Source of the DNA: Auanema rhodensis
Lineage: Eukaryota; Animalia; Nematoda
Reading direction: 5' to 3'
Length of the DNA stretch: 64,000 nucleotides
Assembly: GCA_964057225.1 (NCBI GenBank)
Contig: OZ059895.1
Span: forward strand, 6,138,001 to 6,202,000
The position numbers were made by a program, and so were the translations under genes. A model generated the notes under the pieces. That model did no database searches and had not been told where the DNA came from. It saw nothing but the letters and a program-made list of their open reading frames with translations. Shown here one piece after another: positions 41,078-53,313 of this stretch (position 1 is its first letter; each line of letters opens with the position of its first letter).

Positions 41078-43206
41078 GTTATCAGATGTTATAGTTATAA
41101 TCCAGCTCTAATCGGTTCCACGTCAAGCTCTATAGCAGAGCTTCATCTAACGGACTGAAAATTAAAGATATGTTTCAGTTTCGATTTTTTTCTATTAGAA
41201 GAAACAGGAAAAAAGTGAAGGCGAACTGTTTATGGATTTAAAAGATGCGTCTTCGAAATGCAAGAGAAGAGGTAGGAAGAAAAAGAGAACAAATGATTGG
41301 AGCTCGCGCGCGACATGAAAAACATGCCTCCCACTCTCCGCCTCTAGACACGCCCCCAGTCCCCCAATAAACCAGGCCTCGATGCCGAAGACGGCAGCGC
41401 CGGCTGGGCTCATCGTGTTGAGACCCAATCTGAAGGTCGCTTTCCATTGCAGCTGTCTAACCAAATGCAATATCATCTATTCTTGATGAAAAGCACAACA
41501 AAACAAAAGCGGCTACCTGGTTGTGCTGAGTTCCATAGATTTAATATCGAAAATTTTGTTTGTAGTGGCTGTCACTCCCTGATTTTTCTACAACACAGGC
41601 AGTACGTGGCTATGTCTAATCTATCGAATTCGTAAAGCGGTTGCGTTCCGGTCTATTTCTCATATATTTGATCTATTCATAGCAACAAATTGTCATAAGC
41701 GTTGAAATTTGTTCGGAAACGAGTTAAACGAACTAATACTTTAATAAGTTTAACTGAAATCGATAAGCAACATAACCAGAGCAATATCTGTAGTCTATAA
41801 AACGAGTGTGCGTGTGAACAAGCATCAACAGAGTCAAGCCACATAAGTGAATAGCTTTTAGAGGACACGAGAGGATCAGTAGAATAATGCTTTGCTAAAA
41901 GCTAATGTCGGAGAAGACCATGAACAACGTATAGAAATAGTAAGAGCCTTCTATAGTCTCTCAGAATCCAACTGCAGTTCATCACATATTATTATTAAGA
42001 GCGGAAAGAGTGCTGGCTGTCTGTCACCGGAATCGTTGCTTTCTTTTCCTCTCTCCCTCTCCTTTGTTTGTGCAATAGCCATATATATTTCTATAGAGAA
42101 TTCGTTCTCATTCCATTTTTTTCTCATTGGCAGATAGTTATTACTTTTCTATTCTTTGAGAACGACACCTTTTTCATAATAAACGGAACGGGGAGGTGAA
42201 AATATTACAAGGTATTAGCATTTCAATACAACTACCACTAGAAAATGTAATGGAACAAATTGAACGAATTGATTAGAGAATAGCTGATATGTGAAATCAG
42301 CGTGTAATCACATCAGACACTAATTAAGAAAAAAAACGCAAACTAAATCAATTGTAAAGAAACTCTTTCGATAGTTCTTTATCGTATTATTACTTGAAGA
42401 TCAGGAAAAAAGTAGGAATTTTAGACAGAGATTAAGTAGAGAGCTAGAGATTTTCAAAACAACAAAAACATATTTTGGTTGTTTAGCTCGTGATTTTGAA
42501 CTATTGTTTTCATAGTGTTTCCTATGGAATCCTGCCGCATTATTAAAGTCGGCGTATACCAACGTTTGTATCACCAAGCCCTCCCGCTCTCCAATATTTG
42601 TATCAGCTTTAAAAATAACAATAAAACGAAATCAATAATAAAAATGCATGTTTAAAAAATTTGGGGATGAAAAAACTCACAGAAATTATTATTCAAATTG
42701 TTTGAACTTTAAATGCAAATTCGATAGTCGAGTATAGCGTCTCTTGTTCAACTATCTAGCAAAACATTTGTTTTGACGTGGAAACGCGGGAAATTTGAAT
42801 TCTGCTTGTGCACAAAATGGCAAACCAGAAAGAAAGCTTCATCATACTATTTTTCTCTAATGGGATGATATTTCAGCTGACACGCACGAAAAGAGGGAGA
42901 AATTGTGTATTATTGTTAACTCTATCATATGTTACGGTTCCGTCATAAAAATTAAGTACAAAGGTTATAAAAGACGGAAACAAACGAAATAAATCTGGTT
43001 TTTACTAACTGAAACAGCTCAATGAAGTGAAAGCCGAAGATAAGAAAAGGACAGATTAAATGAAGGATGGTAGAATTAGACATAATCGATATTAACGTAT
43101 TTATTACAGGTGAAAAGTTCTATTAGTAAACGCATAGACGAAAACATTTTAGATATTTTCATTATTTAGATTCCTCGGTTTGTAAATTTTTCTGTTAATA
43201 AATAAA

Positions 43207-45625
43207 TTAGCTCATGCGTATCAGAGTTATACTGAGAGAGCAGAGAAGCAGGACGGCGATAATGGTGCGAATAAATTCCAGTTCGAGTGACAAAATCTCT
43301 GTAAGAAATATAGATGAAAGCTGACCATAAGAAGAAAACTGGTTTAGTATTTGGTTAGCTTGTTAATTCGCATGAATTTTTTTCTGGGACAATATATTAC
43401 AAATTGAATATATTTGTTATAATATTTACAGGCAATTACAAGCATTTTAAGATAGAAGACATAGGCAAGGTTTCACAAACCTGTTGATTCTTTAGTAGCA
43501 ATTATTTCTTCCAGTGATTTATAGAAAGACCATTTCCGGAACAACGGTGAAAAAATTAAGAAACGTTGTTTTGTCTCATAAGGAAAATAAAGAACTACAA
43601 GATGAAACAGCAAGCTAAGACAACATGCAGCCCAGATTACAATCACGAAGAGATCTGAATTATTAATAAAATTCTTTGTTTGCTTGAAAAACTCATTAAA
43701 AATTATTTACCTATCCCTGGCAGGCTATCAGAGAGAATTACTACTTTTCCCAATGCCAAATGAACACTAATACTGGTAGAATAAATTAATGAAATGAGTA
43801 TATATATTGACCATCTGCAAATATAAAGACTTCTTCTCAAACTGGATTTCTGTCAAGTTCTTAATGTTATTTAGAGGTTTTAATAAGATATTAAGATGAG
43901 TTTGAGGGAAGAATGCTCCTCGTAATGCATGGTTTATTATGTACCCTAGTACGAGCTTAACCGATCATATAACGAATGCATTAAGTAAGTACTCTTTCAA
44001 CTACAACCAATATTCTCCTCTTTCATTCTCTATTTCCTGGTTATGTCTTCCTTTTCTCCGATTTTTTAGCCAACATTCAAAATTTTATTGTAAAGTGTTC
44101 TATTTCCCCGCTCATTTGAAGTCAGCGTTTTTATTTGAGCAACTTTCTCGATTTTGAATTATTTGAGTACAAACGTTGTGGGTGTGAGCCATGCAGTAAT
44201 GAGAATGAAGGCAGATACAAGGATTGCCGATAATACAACAACTGGGAGTGTCCACCCAGCTCTCCTTAGTGCGAGTTGACATTCGACCAATGACCTGCAA
44301 AATTCTGATATTATATAAACTATAATTTTCTCTCTCGTTTTCATTTTCTCTTTCACCCGATCTCCAAAATTCGTAAAATATACAATCATTCCAAGCTAAT
44401 CGGCTCTAGTATTTTCAAAATTTATAGCACCGTCATGATATTTTTCTTTTTGAAGAGGAAAGTGAAATACTCACATAACTGTGCTCGAGTCTCTAGCATC
44501 ATCCACATACATGTTGGTGAAATTGAAAGGATCAAAATATCTGATTTTTTGAACTCCGTTTTGAATTTTCCAACCATTAATCAATTCTTCCGGGGTATCT
44601 TCATCCATGTGAAGAGCTGGAACCACATTTGAGTTGAGGAAAATTATATAAATATGTAAAAACTAACGCGCTAAACTGAATACGCTAAAATTAGAATGAT
44701 TAACCTTTAATCGACTCTAAAAAACTTTCTGTTAAATATTCAAATATTCTGTAATTTACTCTAAATATGGGATCAACAAGAAGGAATCTAGTAAGACAAT
44801 CTAATTGTTCAAAAGGAAAAGATCCTGAAGCCTCGCAATCAAATGATCCATCAAATCGGAAGAGCATCGTGACTTTAGCCCTCTGCAATTGAAAATTTAA
44901 TAATTTAAAATTAATCCAAAAAATTTTTTTTATAGAATAACCTTATAACGAGATGGGTCTGACACTCGTAGTTTAATTGTGCGACTTTTGAATGCATGGA
45001 TAGGAATACGAGAAGTGTATCCTCTTAAAATGTACAAAGCTTAACATTATTAAAAAAAAAGAGTCAATAATAATAAAATGAAATTGTAATTTTTAAAATT
45101 TACTTCGCCAAGAAATTGACAAACGGCATCCAGATACGGTAGCCATTTGGTACAACAGTCATCATTTTTCCATTTTCATCTGCCGGATTCCATCCAAGTC
45201 TGTCATCATACCATACCTAACAACAACCATAAAAGAAATCTTTTTCAAACAGATTAGTACTAATGATATGATAGAATTAAATCTTATAGTCGGGTTTTGT
45301 ATTTTTGGAATACTCAAGTGATGGATATAAAAATTTAGTGTAACATCAAGAGGTCCTTGTGCGCTAGATGGAGCTTTCTAGGAAAGTGATGTAAGAATTA
45401 TCAAAAACAAACAACCTAATGGCTTACATCAGCTCTATATCCATTAAACAAACGATTAAGAAACTCATCTTGCTCCGCCATGTAAGTTGAATTGGCTTCA
45501 TCTGTTAAACCAAGATAATTTTTCAGGAATATTAATTACCCACCATCTACGGTTTTAGACAATCTATTCAAAGATTGAGCGGCAGAAAAATTGAAAATGG
45601 CGAAAAACAGGAACGAGATCAACAT
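43207..45625 (-). CDS. Divergent Cys-loop ligand-gated ion channel subunit (lgc-type)
   Basis: Signal peptide MLISFLFFAIFNFSAA, FLNRLFNGY, GPLDVTLNF, WYDDRLGWNP, RIWMP, Cys-loop CEASGSFPFEQLDC, pre-M1 LALRR. Four hydrophobic segments lie in exons ~44173-44295, 43711-43815, 43481-43654 and 43207-43298. Confidence 0.8.
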
Positions 45626-45838
45626 AACGAAAGTTGAACACAACTGGATAGCATTAACAGATTTTGTTTGTAACCCAATATATGAGCTACGTAAACCATC
45701 ACTACAGAAAGGTCACATTCCCCTAACTATAGCGAACGTAGACGATACTTGTATACATCTGTATGGTTTATAAATATTAAAAGTATACAATAATATTCCA
45801 AACAAGGAAAACCAACAAGGAAATGATACAATTCAATA

Positions 45839-47806
45839 TTAAACAATTTTTCGTTTCTTTGCAGCAGGGCGATCAAATCCAGCCTTCGCACCACCTATAA
45901 GAAATATGAATTATATGAGAATACTTCCATGAAAACAGGACCAGCTTTTTTATTAAAGAACTGAACATTCATAGCGCTCGTTGATGCCCAGACACCTTGG
46001 TGATCCGTTGTATCTTCGGCAGTTAAGTGAGTGTATTTTGAGCGAGAAGCTTTACCAAAGTTTTTAACCTGTGTTATAATAAAAGTTAGTTTTCAAACAA
46101 AACAAAAAATATACCTGCATAACTTTGGGTAAAATAGCTTTATCGAAAACGTCGTCGTTCGTAGCTTCAGCATAGTTTCTTTTGAAGAGCTTAAAATTAA
46201 ATATTACCTAAAAATTCGAGAAAAAAAAGATACCTCATCATCTTCATCCAAGAAGAAAGCTCCTCTATGGTAGTACTTTTGCAAAAACTTGTATTTTCCT
46301 TTAGCTTGCTGCAACAAATTGGATATATATAAAATCATGATGCCAAAAAATGGTGTACCTCATTTGTGATAATTTTAGGATTAGCTTCAAGATATCTTTG
46401 TCGTTCTTCTTCGGTCATGTTGTGAATTCTCTCAAGCTCTGCCTTTTCTTTAGCCATAGCTTCACGTTCTTCTCTGAAATATTATGCATATTTTTGAAGA
46501 ATAAAAAAATCTGAAATTATTACCTATTACGCTTAATTCTTTTCATTTCTCTGATTTTCCATGCTTCATAAGCTATATTCTCACTTTCATCATCTGTATT
46601 TACGGACTCTAATTGCAAATTATCCTCTTTTTTCCTTTTCTCCGTCTCGGCTTCATCTTTTAAAACTTGTTGAACAAGCTGAAACTTGGTAATTTTTTCG
46701 AAAATTAAATTTTCACTTACAAGAGCACTGTCTTTTTTTCTCTCTTCAAGTTTTTTTTCATCTTCTTTTCTCTTCTCTTCTTCATATAATTTTTGCTTTT
46801 CTAATTCTTGAAGCGTTACTCTGTCCTTCTTACGTACAAATACCTGTAATTATATTTCATACATAAGCATCCTGAAATTATAAAATAATTAAGACTCACC
46901 GGCTTTAATCGAGGCAATGTATCGTCTTCATCGTCATCACTGGATGTTTCTTCCTCACTAGTTTCTTCATCTTCGTCCTCTTCCTCTTCTTCTTCAACTT
47001 CTTCTTTTATTTCCTAAGCAAATATTAATTCAAACATATATTATTCAGTTATTGTAAACCGTTTTAGCCATAAGTTCTTGTTCACGTTGTCGAGCTTTTT
47101 CTCTTAATAGTTGACGTCGTCTTTCATAACTTTCTTCATCACTGCCATCTTCTTCTTCCTGTTGAAAAGGAAATTCAAAACAGAAGATGAAACATTTTTT
47201 TACCACTTTCAAGGCCTCTCTTTCTTCTTCTAGTTCTAATCTACGCATTCTAGCTCTTTGACGTCGTTCCTCGATTTCTTCTTCAGTTTCTTCAACTTCT
47301 GGCTCCTTTCCCATAATCTTAATAACATCGATAACAATAACAATCAATTATTGAAATATTAAAACCTCTGGTTCTTCGATTTTACGTTCATCTCGTCTGT
47401 TATGCCGATCATCATCCCTGTGTCTGTGACGGCGATGTCTGTCTTCTTCGTGTCTAAATATAAATTAAGCTTTGAAGAATTTATAAAAAAATACCTTCTT
47501 TCTCTTTCTCGCTCCCTTTCTCTGTCACGTTCCCGTTCACTGTACTTGGTCTCTTTTTCATCTTCTTCTTCTGAATCTGATCTCGCATGTCTAGCAAACT
47601 CAGGACTAGAACATCATAGATAAAACCAATAAACATAAGAGCACAAACGTTTTTCCTGCTACATATCTATGTACTTTCACTTTTTGCATAACAATCTGCC
47701 CTTTATCATTTTTTATCGGTATAGCTCCTGTTGTAGGAAGTCTTGCAGGTCCCAGACTACGTGCATCGCCTTCTCTTTGTTCGAAGCGGGGTACAAAATC
47801 ACCCAT
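45839..47806 (-). CDS. mfap-1: Microfibrillar-associated protein 1 (spliceosomal B-complex factor)
   Basis: [117 protein letters not shown] and [12 protein letters not shown]. Confidence 0.96.
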
Positions 47807-49455
47807 TTCTAAAATTATTAAGAATAATATTGTGAGTTGTGATCCAGATATGAAATTATTCAGTAATTCTATTATTTAATTACAAATACATTACATAATT
47901 TAAACAACGATAGCATAAATAAAATGAAATTCAAATTGGTACCAAGCATTATTCGTTTACGCTTATGCAAGTCTTGGCGCATTTCCGGTGCATGTTGGCT
48001 GTATTAAATATCGCGGCAAAATACAGTAAGATTTAACAAATTTAGCATTGTTATCAAGTTTGGAGGTTTTTTAAAAAATATCTGGAGAAAATATTTGGAA
48101 GTTGGCAATGAGGAAAAATATATTTACATACTATTGATTGAGAGATTACTGAGATTATCAACATATTCTTGCATGAATAACTTGATTGTATTTCCTTAGC
48201 AGCATTGTGGGTCAATAAAAATTATTTCAACTGAAGATCAATAGAAATAATCTTCATGAACTGTTTTTTTTCTGTTTTTTATAAATCGCTATGATGATAA
48301 CACTCTTCAAAATGTCAAAATATTGCTTCAACTATGCCAGTTCTCCCCCTTTTTTTAGAAAAGAAAAAGCCTAATCAGTTTTTTTCGGAAGAGCCGTAAA
48401 AGAAGATAATAAGTATTTTGTTTGTTGTTGTAATAATGAAAATGTTCGCATCCATTCAATCGCAGACGGGTTTTTGGTTTATATTTCAACGGTACCTAAT
48501 TGATTTTCGTATAAAACCAACATTATGCAGCATATTGAAATACCTTGAGGTAAAAACTTTGAAAGTAAGGATATAGAATGAGAGGGTGACCTTGATGCTA
48601 AAAAAAGCGAATGGTTAGAGTTTCTGGACCCAATAAATTTATGAAATTCCAAATTACTAGTTGCTTATATTTATACTGAAATGATTTCTTAATGAACTTT
48701 CTAAGTTTCCTTTTTCTGACAATATAATGATCATCTAATCTGATTCGTTGAATCTCGTTTTTTCTACTTCTCTCCTCGGCTGGTATTCATTTCCAGTCAA
48801 TAAATGGAAGGAGGAGCTAAGCTTCTCTAGAGGTGAGTCGTCCTTAAAAATGAATAACAAAAACCTCAACCGGCTAGCATACTGTCCAACAGCTTCATGT
48901 GGTACCAATGTAACCAAACGATCATTGAATCCTATACCTCTCTCCTATACCTTATTTTTTCGTTCAGTTTTCATTGTGAATAACGTTGTTGAACTGCGCA
49001 TAGATTCTAAAGTTTAGGGAACAAATGAGGGGTGGAGTCTACGAGATGAGTGTTGGGAGGGAGGTATTGAAATCTGCGATTTCACGTTATTGGTTGAAGC
49101 TAGTCCAGTAAAATTGAAACTTTGAAAAATATATTAGTTAGATACTATATTTCGGTATAGTAGATAGAAGTTGTGATTTTTTGAACCTCTAAGTTTCTAT
49201 TCAATGTATAAGCTCTACTATATACTTCAATGTATCCGGTTTTGTCATTGCCGTCTAATCGAGAAGCAGAAGGACATTAGCGTTTCTCAATGGCTTTTGT
49301 CGTGCATTTTTGCATTTTTGTATAAAAAAATCATTCATTTCTCTACTTCTCCATGATTTACAACTTGTTTTTCTTGTATCTTTAACATGCCATGTTTACA
49401 GTTTCCAAGTTAGGAGCGCATATCTTCAAAACTATACAACTTTTTTTTCAGGGAA

Positions 49456-51644
49456 ATGACTAGAATATTACTATTTATTAGTTCTATTATTTTTCCTTGG
49501 GCTTTATGTCAAATCTTAAGTCCTTTATCTAGTGCTCCTAGTGATGTTCTAACAGGTTAGCCCATTATATAACTTTATGAATTTGAATTAAGTATTATTA
49601 AACTGTTTTTCTTGCTTCTCTTACCGTACCCATTATTACAGGGAATAAATCATGGACAAGAGAAGCTATTCGTCGTTTATGGCTAGAACGGAAAAAAATG
49701 GATCATACACCTTTGTTTCGATATAAAGTACTTAACAAATCAACATCTCATGCAATAGAAAACAATATTCTTTTTTCTACTATTTTCTCAAACAAACATA
49801 TAAATAATAACTAGTTGATGATTTTAATTTCTTTTTTTGTTTAGTATCCCGCATTTCCAAATGTTGAGATATTGTTCAAAAATGAGTCAGCTAGCCCTAC
49901 CGGCAGTTTGAAGCATCGATATGCATGGATGCTGATGATGTGGGCTCTAATGGAAGGACACGTCACAGAAGGTATTGATGAAATGTATAAGTATCACAAG
50001 AAATCAAACAATATATATTTTTTATTAATCATTCAAAACATTCAATCATATTATGTTATGATAAGTTTGAAATTTAGGAACAAACGTTTTTGAAGCATCA
50101 TCTGGAAATACAGCAGCATCACTTGGTTATATGTGTCGAATAGTAGGAGCAAATTTTACTTCAATTGTAAGAAATTTTATACATAATTAACAATTAATAT
50201 TTTAAATTTAAAATATTTAAATAACATTCATAAGAAAAACAAATAAAAAAAGAATAATAAGCAACCAATTGAGATAAGAGAGTAGAAGAAACGTTTAATT
50301 TTTAATTTCATTTTAATTGTGCATTTGAAGCGGTTGTACTGTTTTATGATTAGATTTATGTATCTAACAAATATTATTAAGGTTCCTGATACTATTGAAT
50401 TAATAAAACAAAAACATATTGAACAATATGGTGGAAATGTAATAAAAGTCCCAATTTCTGAAAGGTATATATCATAAGCTTTATTCAAATTATCACTTAT
50501 ATATATATATTGTAGATTAAGACGAGCTCGTGAAGAAGCTGATCGAAACAATGGTTTTTTCATGAATCAATTTGGAAATGCTGATCGAGCAGAAGATTAT
50601 CATGAATGTATTTAAATGTTTATTATTTACTCTAATTGATTCTCAATTCTTTAGCTGGAGACTATTCCTTAGAATCATTGAATATGCTACATGAAATCCT
50701 TGCTCAAATGCGTAATGATCCAGGACAGGTTGTCAAGGTGCCACATTACTTTGTACATGCAGCCGGAACAGGTGATTCAATTTAAATATAAATAGCGAAA
50801 TATAATATTTAATGATGTTCTTATAGGTGGTACTATATCATCAGTTGGGCGATATGTTAAAAAGTATGGTTTGAATACTCGAATTGTTCTTGCCGATACG
50901 CAATATTCAATATATTTTGATGTTGTTGTTAATAATAGGTATAAGAAAAACATAGATATTAGTCTCTATATTGCTCTATACACGTGTAATCTAGATTCCG
51001 TAATGAGTCTGGAGCCGAGTTATGGGTTAAACCCGGAATGGCGGGAATAGGATACGGCCCTATGGGAGCTGCTAAAAAAGGAGAGACTTCAAGGTATGCA
51101 TACTCAAATAGTTGAAAAATGTTTGCATTAGTTTAGTTTGGATCCAGCAGTGATTGATCGTGCTCTAAAAATTCCCGATCTTGCTTCTACAGCTGCAATG
51201 AAAGTCTTAAGAGATCAAGTAAATAACAACAACAATGATTAAAAACTTTGTATAATACTCAGGGAATTTCTGGTGGTACAAGTAGTGGTGTAAACTTTCT
51301 GTCATCTCTCCATATTGCTGCAACGAATACGTAAACTTTTCTTGAATTATGCATTACATTACGTATTCAAACTTCAGTCATCGAGTTGGTAATCATTTAA
51401 CAATTGCAACTATATTATCTGATCCAGCCAAATATTATGATGCAACTTATTATAATCGAACCTGGATATCTAGCAACTTTAAACAACATGGCGGCTTACG
51501 GGTATGCTTATGCAGTCGTGTAAGATATAATGCTTCATTACATCATTACAGGTTTATGATTGCTGGGTAGATGTTATTCAACGAGCTTTAGTAGAACCAA
51601 TAGATCCACTCTTTGTTGGAAATGAACAATGTCAAATTGATTGA
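49456..51644 (+). CDS. PLP-dependent cysteine-synthase-fold enzyme of the bacterial Cds1 (L-cysteine desulfhydrase)-like subfamily, with N-terminal signal peptide
   Basis: Signal-like MTRILLFISSIIFPWALC, then WTREAIRRL..HTPL, FKNESASPTGSLKHR (PLP lysine), EASSGNT, FMNQFGNADRA, VHAAGTGGTISSVGRY, IDRALKIPDLAS, GGTSSGVN and TILSDPAKYYDATYYNRTW. About 12 exons with canonical splice sites. Confidence 0.88.
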
Positions 51645-52219
51645 TAACTGAGAAAAATGAACTTCTATGTCTGTATTTGAATTAAGTTAAAAGAATCATA
51701 AATTCTTTGATGATTTTCTGTGTTTCGTATTAAATTTAGAAATCATACTTTGTTAAAGAAAAAAAAGTATAAAAACCTGTATGTAAATAGAATATTATGC
51801 TCATATTTCTATTATATTTCGTCTTGTATTAATCTGAAAAGTATATTTTATAAGAGAAATTTATTGAAAAATTACTTCCTTATATTTGATTCTAAAAGAA
51901 TTTCAAAGTAATGTTTCCATTTTTAGCGAAAAAAGAGCAGATTTTCTAAAAAAAAGTGTAAATACATAATTGGTATATGTATAATAATGATACTATACAT
52001 ACATCGGCGATGAACGCAAATTTTTATGTAAACTAAGGAAACTAAGGATATACATAGTATTTACCTTTTTTTTACCGGAAATGTTCAACTCTATATTACG
52101 GAACAGTGTTCCTTCATTTCATCATAATGTTTTTGCTAAAATAGTTCCTTAAAATCAAAAGTAAAACCTTGTTGTAGTTTTAACTTCAATTCTATTTTAT
52201 ATCTAACTGTTCTCTTAGA

Positions 52220-53169
52220 ATGTAAACAATTTTTCTTAGGATCCTTATCTTCATCTAAGCATTTATCACTTTCTTCCATCTCTTCTCTAAATTTCTTATT
52301 CCATTCCTGAAAAATGACTTAGATTTTGATTCGAAAAAAGTTTTAAAAAAATTTCAACTTCCCCTATAGTTTTGAAGCTTTCCCCTCTTAAACTATGTTC
52401 CATGGACCTGAACAGATGGTACTCTGTTGGCGTAAGGCCTGGAGAATAAGGGGGAGGCTCAAAAACTTCCCAGTCCAGCTCCTGGAGCTTTTGTTGTACC
52501 TTCGCACAACAGTAAAGGCGCGCGTGGTCGTGCAACAACGTCACTCGCCTGCTTCTGAACTCCTATCCTATTGGGCTTCAATGGCAGCATTGAGTCTTCT
52601 GAGTTGTTCAGAATAGTACTCCCCGTCTATGGTTTTGCCGTAAAGTAAAAGCTCATAGTAGTGAACTCCGTTTTCATACCAGAAAACGGACAAAAGGGCT
52701 TTTTTGGCGGTTTGTGGGTCAGCTCTGGGAGTCATTGGAACCTCCTCATCTGGACTAACCCACAACTTTGGCCTCGTCATGTTGGAGTAGAGAATCCACT
52801 TCTCATCTCCTGCCACAAACCCTTTAAAAAGCTCCCTCCTTTGGCTCAATTTCAGAAGATCCTGGGCTAAAGTTACTCTTTCATCGTCATCATCAATTCC
52901 GAGGTTAATTTTCAAAATTTTTAACTGTAATTATAGATATTTTTCTAATTTAGTTTAATGGATATGCTGAAGCAAAACCCAGCGATGTTCTAAATCGTCT
53001 CCAATACAAGTTCCCACTTGATAAAGATTCACAATCACATAAACAACAGAAGCTAGAAACAAAAACTAAGTTTGGAAATGTTTATTTTGATGGTACTGTT
53101 GAAGGAATTTCTAATGCTGACACTCGATATAAAATACAAGCTGGTGTTAGCTTTGATTTTAATAAATAA
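52220..53169 (+). pseudogene. Two-exon small secreted-protein gene disrupted by a mariner fragment and a codon-2 nonsense change
   Basis: Acceptor ctcttag then ATG at 52220. M*TIFLRILIFI (52220-52255) resumes as VIINSE (52886-52903) after the insert. A 50-nt GT-AG intron (52904-52953) is followed by an open 71-codon exon ending TAA at 53167-53169 that overlaps AATAAA. Confidence 0.6.
52256..52879 (-). mobile_element. Degenerate internal mariner (DD34D) transposase fragment
   Basis: GDEKWILYSN, WVSPDE, LLSVFW..GVHYYELL, LLHDHAR, WEVFEPPPYSPGLTPTEYHLFRSM and NGIRNLEKRWKKVI. It has an in-frame stop and a frameshift, and lacks the HTH domain and TIRs. Confidence 0.92.
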
Positions 53170-53313
53170 ATGTTTTCAATATTCATCGAATAATTTTATA
53201 TATTTCAGTAAAATAATTTATTTTATTTTATATTTCCTATTCGAATAACAGTAATTTCTATTTTGATATATCACAATAGATCAACGTATTAAATTATGTT
53301 TTGAGATATTACC

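Noticed and set aside
44159-44172. LGIC appearing to end after one TM (AChBP-like truncation)
   Set aside because: A phase-2 donor (AC|gtttgt) joins three further exons that supply M2-M4.
48400-49300. Exon-like minus-strand fragments upstream of mfap-1 (e.g. GFNDRLVTLVPHEAVGQYASRL)
   Set aside because: Interrupted by stops with no identifiable family; possibly decayed coding sequence but unsupported.
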